Assembly (NCBI RefSeq): GCF_037042905.1
Contig: NC_087245.1
Coordinates: forward strand, 5,706,001-5,770,000
DNA length: 64,000 nt
DNA from: Lytechinus pictus
Taxonomy: Eukaryota
Direction of reading: 5' to 3'
Shown: one piece after another, positions 13,301 through 27,773 of the stretch
How the letters are laid out: each line of letters opens with the position of its first letter
How positions within the stretch are numbered: the first letter of the stretch is position 1
Position numbers and translations under genes: made by a program
The notes under the pieces: generated by a model
The model's database searches: none
Told to the model about the DNA's origin: nothing
The model's input: the letters and a program-made list of their open reading frames with translations, nothing else

Positions 13301-15167
13301 GCGAAAAAAATCCTGAAATCAAAGTAGTTTTAATGAAACCAATAAATTAATGAGAGCGAAAATTTATCAAAGAATATGTGACAAGCTATTGATTTTTTTT
13401 ATCTGTTCAAGTTTTTATTTTGTGACGTCACATGAGTGTGAGCGGCATCCCCCACATGCCCCCACATTGCATGTAATATCAAAGTCTATAAAAATCAATT
13501 TTTCTCCGACTATTGCTTATGGTTTTACTTGTGCATGGTAATTGAGAAGAAGAGGTAGGCCTATGTATGTACGGGAATAAGGAAGGGCAAATAGAGCAAA
13601 TGAGGGCTTCTATCAAAACAATAATTGAACAATATTGACCAGAATTCACAAAGACGATTTCGATTAGATAATATTTTTTCAGATATCTAACAGCATAACA
13701 ATAAAGATTCATAGCTATTTATCAAAACGGGAATGTCATGACCGTTGATACAATTGTATTATTTTTATTTTCAACCAAAAAGGGCTCCATAATTATGAAG
13801 TAACATAGTAAATTAATTTACTTCAATTATTGATTCATCTCAGGAATAATAAAAAGAAGTCCGTCAACAATTCTCTTTGTTGGGTCGTACACTGTATAAA
13901 ACGTAAGAAGACTCACATCGAAAAACTACATGTATTATGATAACGTTGATGGGTCAAATGTTGTACATGTAACACTTTTGGGAATTTATAGATCATAAAT
14001 TAAGTATATACTGCAAAGCATTTTGATTACCTGCTTCTTCCTTTTTTCATCCCATCTTCTTCCTTTCCCCTCTGCTCTCTCTTGAATTTATAACTTTCAG
14101 AATCTTTCTTTTTTTCTCTCTCTTGATCTATGGTCGCTTACTATACAAGCATTCATGATTTCTTAGCAGTCAGGTACCACCACCACCACTACCACCACTT
14201 TACCCACTCTCCTTATTCCCAGCCAGTATCGTTGATAATTTCCCATTTTACATCTTTAACCTTTGAGTCTCACGACTTTCTAAAATATATGTAGGCCTTC
14301 AATATCTGTTCAAATTAACGCACGCAATTTCTTTGTGAGAAGTATACTAATATGCATACCTAAAAGGCTTTCACCAAAGTTTGGTTGAGAACGTCAGAGC
14401 CGATATGAAAGTCATGATCAATAATCCAATGAGCAAGCAAAGACGCTGTATATTACATGTCGATCTTTTATTCTCCTAATTTAGTGGGGATCTTTTTATA
14501 CCGACTTCTCTAGCTTGAGTGAACGCGCGGTGCGTTACCACTGTCACATAAGAAAGTCGGGGTATAAGAAGTATGAAATGATCAAACATTAAAGCTATTT
14601 TGCATTTTGGTCCAGTGAGGTTTAAAGTATTCAAATAAATATATGCTTATAGCAGTAAAGGATAATTTGAGGAATACCAAACAACTGACTTAAATAATAA
14701 GAATAACAACGAACAGTTATATCAAGAGATTAATTCGAATTGATGCTGTGTCGGCTCGATACAAATCCGAATTGGTATTAAAAAAATATACATAGCACAC
14801 AAACTCAATGCGAAATCCTACGCTTAAAAATAAGTAGGCGTACACATACTTTCCCATATCGATAGATAATTGTAAATTGTAAAATTTTACGAAAATCATT
14901 TTGCGACACCATGCTTGTCGTACTCAATTAAAAAAAACTATATAGCATTGTTTTAACCAAAACTGTCAACCGCATCCGAAAAGTATAGATCCAAGAGAGG
15001 CTAGGCCTGAAGTGTTCTCTTGTCTAATCGACAATATCATAATGATAATAAATTCAAGTTTCAAATCAACACTATTCTTAAGACGAGTGAAACTCTTATC
15101 GGATAGAAATTCGTTCATATTTCCTTACTTAATTTTGTTTCAATCATTATTCTTAACTGATGTTTAA

Positions 15168-15365
15168 AGGTCAAGTCCACCCCAGAAAAATGTTGATTTG
15201 AAAAATGTAGAAAAAATCAAACAAGCATAACGCTGAAAATTTCATCGAAATCCGATATAAAATAAGAAAGCTATGATATTTTTAAGTTTTGCTTATTTTT
15301 CACAATGCACAACTCAGTGGCAAACAAAATAAAAGAATCAATGATGTCCCTCACTCACTTGTCCT
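15168..15365. mobile_element. Internally deleted copy of the Kolobok-type MITE
   Basis: TTAA|AGGTCAAGTCCACCCC...CACTTGTCCT|TTAA; left ~190 bp match the 1722 copy, and only ~9 bp of the right end remain. Confidence 0.85.
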
Positions 15366-17679
15366 TTAAATATGCCTGTGTCAATTTGTACTCTGTTCTT
15401 GCCACACAATCCTATATAGTGGCTTTTTGTTCATACGTTTCAGCATATGATATTTTTCATATTTTAAAGTGTAGGATGGACAAACCTCATACGGATAACC
15501 AGTCGTGTCAATGGGTAGAATTATCCTTTTATTCACTATCTTTATCAGTCTACGCAAAAATACACACACATCACGATTTCATTTTCATTTTAATTTCGAT
15601 TCATTTATTTCATTTTCAAAAAAATATAAATCAAACTAATTCAGTCGAGGTAGTGTATTTATTTCATACACTCTCCACACATCGTGATGCATCGTCTTTT
15701 AGGAAATAGACGTCCTCTATCCTCTGGAGGCTGTAAACATGGTAAAGAATGATTGTAATATTAACCTTCCAACGCATTCTCGTTTTTTGACCCTCTCAAT
15801 ATTTTATTCATGCAATGAAAAAGATAAAATGTCTCACGGTCAGTTAAAGTATGTGGAACTGGAACATGATATGGAAAGTAGGGAGCCTTTCCCCTTAAAC
15901 AACGATGCAATGGGAACACCCCCGCCACCCTAGCCCCCGAAGGACAAGATAACACGCTATGGTGCTCATAGGCATTCGAACAAGGTGTTGAACTTCACAC
16001 TCTCCCCCATATAGGAAGTCTGTGATGCTTAGCCTCCAGGGAAATTTGGCGCAATTTCTTTCAAAATTCCCTTGCAGAGATTACCTCTTTGGAACGATTT
16101 TTAGAAGTCACTTCAACTTCATCTAGTCTTGCTTTCGCTTTTCCTTGATTGCCGTCTATTTATTTGATTGCTCGTCTTAGCGTCCTTTGGTGCCACGTGT
16201 CTATGTTTTTTGAGACATTTATATGGTATAACGAGATGGAAAATTGGTGAACTGTCTGCCGAACCGTAAACTTTCCATTTCCAAAGCGCAATCCCGGATG
16301 AGACGATGCTGAGGATAGTCGTGTTTAGTACGTGAGGTTGGAAACACACTTTACGTGCATATGTACATTATATGAAAAATAAATCAATAAAAAAACACGT
16401 AACAACAGTCGTGGGTAAATGGAAAGGATGTGAGTTATGAAGCGATTGATTTAGATATGGATAGAGGCCTAATGATAACAATTTTATGTTACTGTAGCGC
16501 TTTTCATAAATCAAACGGCTTAATAAAGGATAATAAGTGAAAAGAGGAAATAAACCGAAAAACAATAATATAATATGTTTGCAACCCTTTTATTTCACGC
16601 TCTACATTTTCCTGAACCTGGCTCTGATGCTCTTTTGAATTAAAAATGAAATTAAAGAATTGACATGCATACTGAAGTAAACAACATTCCCCCTGCATGT
16701 ACCCTCCTACATGTCCTAATCATTTTGCACAATGCAATATAATCAAACAACCTTTATAAATTTCGAGTTTGTTATCAAATGCTTTTTAATAGTTCAAACA
16801 AGGTTAAACATTATGTGTTGATATTTCAAAAAGCAGTGTTCAATATTTATCAATAAACATTGCTATACTAAGTGTAAAGAGTGAGCTTAAGTTAAAAAAA
16901 TGAGTTCTTCGACGCTTTTCAGCGACTGTGTATAAAAAAATTATGCTCTGCCTTTGTATTCATTTTGTAAAAAAAATACATCTATAAGCTAAGCCCCCTT
17001 CATTCATTTACGAGTGAAATCTGAGGATATTCCCTTAATACTACAAACTGACAATGCAAACATAATTATTCTAGAAAAAACAAACAATAATCTGTTTTAT
17101 GATTGATGAGTTGTGCACCAACTTGAGCGCATATATAACTAAGATGATATCAACGTTCATTAAAAACCATCTTCCGATTTCACTATCTTCATGTATATTT
17201 GGTTATATATATGTTATATATATATATATATATGTTTTTTGAATATTTTGGTTACTTGTTAATTTATACTTTGCTTTATAATATGCACACTAATGTTTTT
17301 ATTGCGAATTTAGGAGAATAAGTTAATACTAAAATAAGTTGAGATTAATAATGTCACCGTACTATTAAAATCGGATAAGAATAAATTTACCGAAGTACTT
17401 TATGAAGAAAAATCATGCAACACGAATCGAATATGTTTGTGTAAATTATTTTGAAAGGGCAACTTTGCACACGACAGTTCAAGTCTAAAAAAAAACCCAA
17501 AACATGAAAATTGCAGTTGGTAAGCACATATCCAAATGCTTGTGTGGATACAAAGGGTAGGCCTATGTCCCATTTTGGCCAGTACTTCAAAAATTGAAAA
17601 AAAAATCTATATGTTATTGTTTGAATTAGAAAATTGAAATATAAATACTCCGAAAAATTCACTTTGCCCAATTGATCGT

Positions 17680-17842
17680 GGGCCCGGCAGACATGAACTG
17701 TGCAGCGCCAGATCGACTCTTAGATGTTGACCGGCAAACATTGTGGCAGCAATTCCATCTTTTAACGTGTCTGACGCGGCCGGGGTTTGAACTCCCGACC
17801 TCCTAGTTGTGAGACGGAGGCTCTACCAACTGAACCAATGGG
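17680..17842 (-). mobile_element. tRNA-derived SINE fragment
   Basis: Minus strand TTGGTTCAGTTGGTAGAGCCTCCGTCTCACAACTAGGAGGTCGGGAGTTCAAACCCC has A and B boxes, then non-tRNA body. Confidence 0.7.
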
Positions 17843-18666
17843 TAGTTCCCATCTTATGTCTCCTGTTGGGAGTCAATATTGAAACAACATCTTCCATTCT
17901 TTTTTGTGTGTGTGATGAACACATTTGGCTAAAATTTGTACTGAATTATTGTGATCATAATATAGCACCCCTTCTGTACCATTTTTTTAAAAAGAAAGGA
18001 TAGAAAGAAGACAATTTTGTATGCATATGCCCTTTTTTCATGAATAGTAAATTTTCTGGTTTGTCGGATTTTATAAGGTAAAATCATGAAAATTTCATTG
18101 ATTTAGCAGTCTTGGTTCCTCTAGTGGCATAATGGGGTAGGGGGATTGCCCATCTCTCTTAGGGTGGTATACTGAATTCAATCACCCGATATTCTATCAT
18201 TCCACCAACGGAAAAAAAGGAAGTAAGTCAAACGCCCCAGATTAAATCTTTAAACCGGACCAATTAATTAGGTAAAGAGGGAATATACATGTATATTATG
18301 CTTCGATTACGTAAGACGTCTGTCTTTGCCGAGTACATCTTCACATGCAAACCGTAATTAGTCTTACTTACCACCTAACTGCGCAAACCTAAGGTATATA
18401 ATTATTTAAAAAATGGCAACTAGCTTGTTAAGGTTTATGGCGGGTCCATCTGATTATGAAACATAGTGGACTTGATTCCCCCTACAAGGTCTGTATACAA
18501 TGTAGACTAACAAAAGGTTCAATATGCGAGTACAATGAATATCATTCATTTATCTGTGCATTTTTGTCACAGCGCTTTCATGTTCAAAATGGATAAAAGT
18601 CTTTTTCACACGGTTGAAGACAATCAAAATTATCGGGCTCATTTCGTTGTGAATCACTTTTCTTAA

Positions 18667-19071
18667 AGGGGTGGTCCAGGCTGGAGATATTTATATCTCA
18701 ACGAATAGAGTAAAATTCACAGAGCAAAATGCTGGAAATTTGAACAAAATCGGATAACAAATAACGAAGTTGTTGAATTTTAAAGATTTGCATTATTCCG
18801 GTGAAACAGTTATAGGCATGTCTTCATGAATATTCATTAGGTGAACTGATGATGTCATATCCCCATTTGTTCTTTTGCATTTTATCATATGAAATATGAA
18901 ACGGATTAATTGCTTTAATTATTTATTGCCGCAACTTATTTCATCATAATGGATACATATCATTTACACATGTATGAAAAAATGAAACAATTATGATTTC
19001 ATAACATAAGAAAAAGGAAAGTGGGGATATGACATCATCAGCCCTCCTAATGAATATTCATAACGATGTGC
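18667..19071. mobile_element. Truncated TTAA-AGG (Kolobok-like) MITE of a second family
   Basis: TTAA|AGGGGTGGTCC start; internal inverted repeat CTGATGATGTCATATCCCCA / TGGGGATATGACATCATCAG; right terminus not found. Confidence 0.55.
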
Positions 19072-22000
19072 TGAGATGTGCTTCAGCCGACGTTCCTTGA
19101 ATAGTACAGATAATATAATTCATGGAAGTAGAAGTAGTCAAGTTGGTGCTGGTAATGGTGGCGGTTAAGGCTGGGAATAAAAGTAGTATAAAAAAAATTG
19201 TAGTAGAAGAAGAAGTAGCAGCAGTAGAAGCAACGGCAGCGGTAGTAGTAGTATTAGTAACAGGAGTAGTAGTAGTGATGGTGGTAGAATTTTAATTTCA
19301 ATTTGATGGTATTTTACATAATTAAAAGGCAGATTTGGATGCAAGCACGGTCTATAAGAAATTGCAATAATTCAAAATAGTCATAAAAAAGGTTTGATTT
19401 TCACACGAACGAAAGTAAAATAAAACAAAATAACAAAAACTAAAGACATTACGTCAAATGTAAATACCTGGGTTGAAATATTCGCTATAGCAGTTGCAGT
19501 AATATTATGGTAATCGCTTATTCTCATTAAACAAAAAAATAGGCATGCATGGTTACACCCGCATGGAACGCCTCGCGTCACAGTGCGCACACTTTTTGGT
19601 TTGGTTACTATATAATATGCTTCGACTGCGGACACTGGCGCATCAATCGAGAGTTTCTTAGATTGAGGGGGTTTTTAGGGGGGGGGGGTGCTTTAAGTAA
19701 ATTTTGGTTAAATAATTGTATTATAAATGACATTGTATATTTAACATCGAATGCCTTTCTATATCTCTAAGATTTGACTTTTTGCACGCTTTCTATAGAC
19801 CTTTTATCATGCATACGCATTATGAAATTTTAGGTAATTGCATAAAGTTATTAATAATTTAATTTGTTTATTTACATGTATGAAAAATGGTCATTGTTAT
19901 GATATACGGTACTGTATTTTTCAGCTTTGTGTATACTTATCGTTAAAGCCATAGGAAATCAAAATTCTGTGTACGCATACATTGACCAATAAAAGAATCT
20001 TGAAAGACATTTTAGCTGCCTCACTTCGCTCGCTCATGAATCTTTCTAACAACGCTCTCTTATATGCAGCACCATATTCAAACAAGTATGCTAAATAAAA
20101 TTAAAAAGCATGATAAGTAAACTTGAACAGGATACGCAAAGTGAATGAAATTATACGACAACTATATGTGTCTTTAAGAACATCTTTTCAACAAAGGATA
20201 ACGTCATAAATAAAAGGTGTGTTTATATAGATGAAAATGAATTAGTTTGAAGATCATCACCTATCTTTTCTTGCATGAATATCCCTTTCTTTTTCCCTGC
20301 ATAGATAGTGTTTTAACGTTGAAGTAAGAATACCTTTATCCTAAGAAAATCGAACAGAGAAAAAAAAATGGAACCATCAGCCAAATTCTAGATTATGTTT
20401 AAAGCTATAATCTTTTCTTATATAAATTTTAGATAGGTAGAACTCTATTCATTTCTCGCATATTTTTTTAGGGAAGTGTCAATGCTCCAATTCGTTACCA
20501 CGCACCGCCAGATAATTTCCCAAGCGAGTGTGAATTTCGAGATTGATGGGCTTGTTGGTCTAAACCAACATCTTATAATTGCTTCCATAAATCTCTCTTC
20601 ATCCGATGGGTGGTTTTTAAGAAATGAAGAAGTAAATCAAAGAAAGGAAAAGGAATCAGCCGTTTCGGATTGGATGTCATCGTCTAGGGATGAATTAGCT
20701 TATAAATATTTGTTTAAGCACATTTAGCGCGAGTAGGCCTATCTTCAGAAGATGTGAACATAGAGCACAGATTTAGAAAAAAAAACTGATGAGTGTGGAT
20801 AACTCCCAAAAGGGACCTTATTCTTTCGGCAAGGAATTAAAAAAAATACATATAAATTTGGTTTAAAAAACACTGCAAAAGTGCCAAAGTGCCCTGGTCA
20901 CAAGAAAAAATAATAATTACAGTATGTTAAAAGTAAGTTGGGTCATATTTGACTTACCACTGGTATTTTTTTAAGAGAACGTAATAACGAACACTTTAAT
21001 AATTTATAGATACAATCGAATATAATATCATACAGGAAATAGCTGTAAGGAAGTAACACAGACAGGGGCCATTATCAACAAACAATACAAATGCCTGCAA
21101 TAAATTTCATTAAAAAGAAAAGTTACAACCGTAACCGATCGCAGAGCTCAGTCAGATTCATGGTGAGACATGTCTGTAGATAGGTCTATAACAATCAATC
21201 AGCGTTAAACGGCCGAGTCTGGTTTAACATTCAATTTTTTTAACTTAAATTATCATTTTAGAGCATTCTGCTGCAATCTTTATGTTGTTCCTTTTCCTGA
21301 ACAATTCCTCGTTGGTGACGTGACCCCATCCAAAGTCCATTGTTGGAACTTCATTGAATAAATATGCAAGTTCCGTGACCAACTTTACTAAAGTAGACTT
21401 GCTAGAGTTGATATAAGTCACTAGATTTTGCTCGCAATAAAAGAGAAATGGATAAACAATGGATTTTGCTATAATTTTTCTCAAATTTCAGATCACATGT
21501 CAGGGTAAAGTTCGGTTATCATGGTGTTGTGTTGTGGCCTGGACGAAATAATTTTTATTTTGATACTCAACCGTCAGGTTCTAAACCTGTCGAATTTATA
21601 GTAACAAAATAAACAGGATACATCTCATTTCGTCAAACGCTGTTTTCGACGATGTTGATCAATCCCTTTGTAATTTTGTAATCTGAAATTCACATTAGAA
21701 TAAGATATGAAGTTTGAGCATCTATAATGCGAATTATAAATTGTTATTATTACTATTATCATCATCAACTTCATCATTTATTTATTAGAATAATTATATT
21801 CATCAGGTAAAAAAAGATCAGCAAAAAGCTGTTTTTCATCAATGACCTGATGAAAAACAGAATCAAGATTACAACAAAAGTCATCAATACCATACATGTA
21901 AATTAAATCAAATTCTGAGTTATTACTTAGGGAAAGCTTAGTAACATATAAATAAACAAATATTTCAACATAAATGATAACATGAAAAGACTACAATTTT

Positions 22001-22679
22001 TAAAGTTATGAGAACGGGAAAAATGTCGATATAAACTACAAATCGTATGATTTACATCATATTTATTTATCATTGTTGTTGTTTAAATCATTATCATCAT
22101 CATCTTAATCAATTAGCGTTTTGCAACACAGATATAGAATATATCCCTTCAATAACCTGTTCACTTTGTTCATTATTGTGGGCCTACTGATTTTTCCCCG
22201 ATTCATTTTAGACTAAGCAAACTGGACTAACTTAAAATTAATTAAATCGGCTTGAATCTGCTAATGTTTTAATACATCAGCTGCTAACTGATCACACTGT
22301 ATGATTCGCTTCAGAGTCATTTTTCCTCACGTTTTTCTTCATTTGTGTGTGGGTGTGTGTGTGGGGGTGTGAAAATGAGTGTTTCCATCCACTGATTATC
22401 AAGGATTGGATAACTTTCATGATTGTTTTTTTTTCATGTTTCTAGTTTCCTTTATTTCATTTCGATTCAACATTACACAAATATGAAATAATACCCATAC
22501 AAATCAATACAAGGGAATATACAATGTAAGTAATATAACCATACAAAGGAAGTAGATAAATGTTTTCGGTAGGCAATAAACAATTATGATAATAATACAA
22601 TGGCATGTACGATGAGGGTGAAACAAACTGTAGAACAATCTTGATTAAACATCTGCAAGGGTATTTTTATTTATCGTTT

Positions 22680-22942
22680 TAATGAAATAAAAGTTGAGGA
22701 AATGGAGGGATCCACTGACAAGTAGGGCTTGTTAAATGTGGATCCCTCAAAGAATTTGATAAAAATAGATTAGTATATGTATAAGTACTGTATAAAATAC
22801 GAGAAGCAGGGGGAAATAAATAAAGTTGATATGATGGTTGATAATGGAATATGAAGTTATTGAAAGGAGAATGAAAGAAAGAAACGTAAACGAGATGATC
22901 GGGTGGTGCCTATGTGTATAGGTGAAAGAGGAAGAGGGGAAG

Positions 22943-22976
<34 letters not shown>

Positions 22977-24760
22977 TGGGGGGGGGGGGGGGGGGGAGAG
23001 GAAGAGAGATAAAAAAAATGAGGGAAGGAAGGCAAAGTTGGGTACCGATCGCTCAATTGGAGTCGCTTTATATGCAGGGAATATGATTCGATAATTTGTT
23101 TTTTAGCTTGATTTTAAAACAATTCAAACTAGCGGAATTTATAATGTCATTGCTGAGAGAGTTTCAGTATTAAGGACCGTAAAAAGTAATTGTTTCTGTG
23201 CAAAGATGGTGCGGGTACGGGGAAGATGGAAACGGTGCGACTGTCGGGTTGGGTAACTGTGAATGGTGTTAGTTTTGTAAACATGTTCGGTGTACATTTA
23301 TGTTCAATTTGTACATGAATTGCCCTGTATCAAAAAGAAACAAATCATCGGTATTAGAACGAGTAGGAACATTATTAAAGGACAAGTCCACCCCAACAAA
23401 CAGTTGATTTGAAAAAAAAAGAGAAAAATCCAAGAAGCATAACGCAGAAAATTTCATCAAAATCTGATGTAAAATAAGAAAGTTATGACATTTTAAAGTT
23501 TCACTTACCCCCCCAAAACAGTTACATGTACATCCTAGTCGGTACGCAAATGAGAAGACTGATGACATCATCTACTCATTATTCTTTTTGTATTTTATTA
23601 AATGAAATATTATAATTTTCTCCTCATTGTCAAGTGATATAAAGATTAATTTCTCCCTGAACTTGTTAAATTAGCATTATTTTATTACCAGTACTGTATG
23701 GTTCAGTCAAGATGGCCCTTATTGCCAAATCTGTAAAAAAATGAAATACTGGATGATTCAAACAATAAAAAACAAAAGAAATAGTGAGTGAGGGACATCA
23801 TTGACTGTCTCATTTGCATGTCACTGAGTTGTGCACATAACTGTTTTGTGAAAAATAAGCGAAACTTTAAAATGTCATAGCTTTCGTATTTTACATCCGA
23901 TTTTGATGAAATTTTCAGCCTTATGCTAGTTTTATTTTTCTCTATTATTTTATTCAATTCAAAATTTCTCTGGAAATGACTTGACCTTTAAAGATCCTTT
24001 TGGAGAATAAATATCTTGTCAGTGAGAATTTTGTAAGCACTACGCCATACCAGTATTCCATAGCCAAAATACTGAAGTATTAGTGTAAAAAGTGTTGTTT
24101 TGAAAAAAAAATGTCTGTTTATTCATTATACCAATATTTCGCGATATAGTTTTTGATATATTAAGGATGTGAATGTTTCGTTTCAATTTATCGTCAATCA
24201 TGAGCCCTAAGAATTTAGTTGAATTGACTCTGTTGAGAGGCGTATCGTCTAAAAGGATATCACCTGGTAGATTTTGCAAAGTATTACTAAATAACATAAA
24301 ATTTGACTTTAGGATGTTCAAAGATGTTTTTTGGCTTTAACCCACTGCACTACACAATTTATTTCAAGATTTGTAGTAGAAAGAAGCGTAACCGGGTTAG
24401 CATGAGTATAAAAGAAGTTGGAGTCGTCTGCAAATTAGATGAAAGATAGAACATCAGAAGATTTATAAAAGTCGTTTATGTATATATATTAAATAAAAAG
24501 GGGCCAAGAAGGCTTCCCTGTGGAACTCTGCAACTTATTGGTCGTAAGGATGAATTATGATTATGTATTTGTACGAATTGTTTTCTATTTCATAAATAAT
24601 TCCTGAACCATTCCAAGGCTTTCCCTCTAACGCCATAGTGTGACAACTTTACTAATAGGATATCATGGTTAACTGTATCAATAGCCTTGGAAAGGTCCAA
24701 TAATATTGCGAGAGTGTTAATGCCGATCAATGACATGTGATAGTGTATCAATTCATTTTG
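22680..24760 (-). mobile_element. 5'-truncated decayed CR1/L2-group LINE, split by a Kolobok-type MITE
   Basis: Minus-strand RT remnants [29 protein letters not shown]-like at ~24425-24440, TKFLGLMIDDKL, GQFMYK; hairpin-containing 3' end near 22700-22750. Confidence 0.85.
23379..23987. mobile_element. Kolobok-type MITE, full-length copy in opposite orientation to 1722-2318
   Basis: TTAA 23375-23378 and 23988-23991; starts AGGACAAGTCCACCCC, the reverse complement of the 2318 end. Confidence 0.85.
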
Positions 24761-24849
24761 ATATTGCTTCAGTTGTATTATGATTTGATCGAAAGCCAAA
24801 TTGCGATTGACAAAAAAGATCACGTGTTTGCTTAAGAAGTCTGTCATAT

Positions 24850-25175
24850 TTTGTTGCTCGCTTTTCATTGCATTCATGGATCAGCTCTCCAATACAATCT
24901 TTCTTTTATCATGTTTATCAATTATATACCCACTATGTCTCTACGTTCTTCAACATCTCGTTTGCTTGTGTTTCCAAAAGTTTCAAAAATCTTTTGCTCA
25001 TGCGTGCCCCATAAGGTATGGAACAAACTTCCTGAAGACAATAAAAATTGTATCTTTGTTGAGTCTTTCAAAAATGTTCTTAAAACCTTTCTTTTTACTT
25101 CTTAAATTATTTTATGCGCCTTGAGCACTCTTCATGGTGGATTTGGCGCATTATCAGTCACATGTATTATTATTG
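24850..25175 (+). mobile_element. L2-type LINE 3' end fragment
   Basis: Peptide remnant LRS...VPHKVWNKLP...FKNVLKTFLF, then tail GCGCCTTGAGCAC...GGCGCATTAT...TATTATTAT. Confidence 0.7.
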
Positions 25176-25886
25176 GCTGCCAAAAATGTTTTGATGCCTA
25201 ATAAAGACCATTATTATTATCATTATTATTGATTTGTCTTGAATCGTAAATAAACATACATTGGGACCTTAGATAAGGAGAATGTAAAGAAAATATATTT
25301 GTAGTCCAAAATTAGTTGCCTGTACACGAACATAACAAGTGGGAAGTAATACATGTATAGTTCCGTACATACTGAATATATATTCTTCTTCTTCTTCCAG
25401 AGTAAGTGCTACTTCAAGGTGATGAAGATAAACGCACTGGTTATCTGTTATTCTTCTTGTAGCTTTATGTTTGACACGCTAGATTCAATTTCAGCTTTCC
25501 TCATCATGCTCATTAACATTTTTTCTGTGGGGTGAAATATAATTTAGCTCTAATTTTCTTTAGGTTTTTTTTTTTCATTTTCTGTCTTTTTAATCATAAT
25601 TCTGTTCAATTTATTCCATGCATGTCTACAGAACGAGCACATCCTGCTTTTTGACTTTTCGTCTGGGCTTTAGATCATTCTTGAACGACTTGCCAGTACC
25701 GCGGGCTGTCTATTCTGATCAGGGAGTTTACCCACTAGAGGGAGAGGGAGAGAGAGAGAGAGAGGGAGGGTGGGGGAGGGGGTTTGGGAAATATAAAGGA
25801 GAGAGATATTAAGAGAGAGTGATGTGGAGAGAGATGGTGCGAGAGAGACACTCGCAGACATGGACTGACACATGGAAAGGGCATCA

Positions 25887-26036
25887 CAGGGGCCGCGGAA
25901 GCGGGAGGGGCACTTTTTTCCAAAACCGTGTACAAAAACGTAAAAATGACCATATGATTGTGATATTTGGCATGGTCAGCCCCTTCCACTTTTGGCTCAG
26001 CCCCCCCCCACTTTGAAAACCGTTCCGCGGCCCCTG
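25887..26036. mobile_element. Small poly-G MITE (inverted sister copy at 52376-52576)
   Basis: TIR CAGGGGCCGCGGAA / TTCCGCGGCCCCTG. Confidence 0.8.
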
Positions 26037-26189
26037 CATCAGACAAAGTCATGGGTCGCTGGGTGGTTTAACAAGTGGCGGGGGGTGGGGGACTGACCAT
26101 TTACAAAATCACAATCAGATCGCAATTTTTTAAAATTCACGTTTGTTGGAAAAGTGGCCTACCGAACCCTGAAAAAGGGAGGAAGGTCG

Positions 26190-26448
26190 GATAATAAGTG
26201 CGCAGATATAACGTCCTTAAGTCGTATTATTACCTTGGCTTTATAGCCCCGCTACCCTTAGACATGTTAGAGCGCGGAAGCATTTTAGTAATAAACCTCC
26301 GCCAGGTACCCATTTACCTTCCTTGGGTTGAGTACACCATAATGTGGATCAATTTCTTCCCAGAAGAAGTTACGTCATTGCTGTGATTCGAATCCACTAT
26401 CCTCTGTTTCAAAGTCAGAAGACTAATCGACTGGGCCACAACGCTCCG
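26190..26448 (-). mobile_element. tRNA-derived SINE
   Basis: Minus strand GGAGCGTTGTGGCCCAGTCGATTAGTCTTCTGACTTTGAAACAGAGGATAGTGGATTCGAATCACAG head, then body, ending in a GCGCACTTATTAT-type tail. Confidence 0.7.
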
Positions 26449-27275
26449 CAAATAAGTCCGCTGATGAAGGATGGAGGGGCGAGGATTTAACTTCTATTGA
26501 AACATCAAACATCTCTATCCATGAAATTTACCGTATTTATATATGAGATTCTAATGGGGTATTCTTTATTTCTATACATGCACGTTTTCAAAAACTGGTA
26601 CCCTGTATAAACATACACCCTCCCCTAGTATCCCTCCAAAATAAATCGTTAAGTAAACCTCATATGATGTGCACCTTCACTGTTCCAACCCACATCGGCA
26701 ATCATCCGTTGAATAAAAAGTATTTGTTCAAATCTCGGAGCTAAGCCATTCCATTATAATCATTAATCTTATTATTTTATTATCGACACTACTGTTATAA
26801 CAATTATCATTACCAAAGGTATATCGGGGGGGGGGGGGGGGGTCAAAGGTCGGCATCAGCCCTATTGGCGGCGCGAAAAAAAGAGGGGAAAGAGATATAG
26901 GAACAATAAGTGGAAGGAAAGGAAAAAGAAGAAGAAAGATGAGAGAAAGAACAAAAGTAAATGAAATTTAGCGATTAGAATAATTACTTCTGCTTCAAGA
27001 TCGCATCGCCTGGTTATTTAGATAGGCCTACATAATCCTGCTGAATAGTATAACATGGAACTCATACTGTTATCAAGTCAATTTACAACAAAACTATCTG
27101 CACGCTAATCTAAAATGAGTTTAGCTCGCGCTTCGCACCCGCATTATTGGTTAGTAAGATACCTATCATCTTCGAGTCCCTGCAAACAGTCCTCAAACTG
27201 TATCTTTTCAGGTCAGTGAATCTGCAAAATTCAGTTTGCGCATTGTGCTCGATTTTATATACTCATTTTTTGTGT

Positions 27276-27773
27276 GTCTTGCCTGCATAGCTGAGCGTGA
27301 CTTTAGGTACCGCTTTTTTCGACGGCGGCGTCAATACTGAAATCTTAACCAAAATGTAAAACATAACTTAGAAAGAATATGGACCTAGTTCATGAAACTA
27401 GGACATAAGGATAATCAAGTATATCACTGATAATCGTACATGTGTTACAGGTCGCATGATTAAGGTCAAAGGTCGTTTAGGGTCAATGAACTTTGACCAT
27501 GTTTTTGGGCTTCAGCATTGAAATCCTTACCATGGTTAACTTTTTCAAATGTTATAATAACTTAGAAAGGATATGGACCCAGCTAATGGAACTTAGACAT
27601 AAGGGTAATCAAGTATCACTGATCATGATCCACACCACATGATCAAGGTCCGAGGTCATTTAGGATCAATGAACTTAGCATAAATGTGTTTTGGGGGATA
27701 ATTAATCCTAGTCAGGACTGCTGCTATATCGAATCGTGTAATGCAGGCAAGACTGCCAGAGGCGTTCCACTTG
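27276..27773. mobile_element. Non-autonomous Helentron/DINE-like element with internal tandem repeats
   Basis: Subterminal inverted repeat GTCTTGCCTGCAT / ATGCAGGCAAGAC, T-rich flanks, two internal units containing AAGGTC(A/C)(A/G)AGGTC; same family at 63662-64000. Confidence 0.65.
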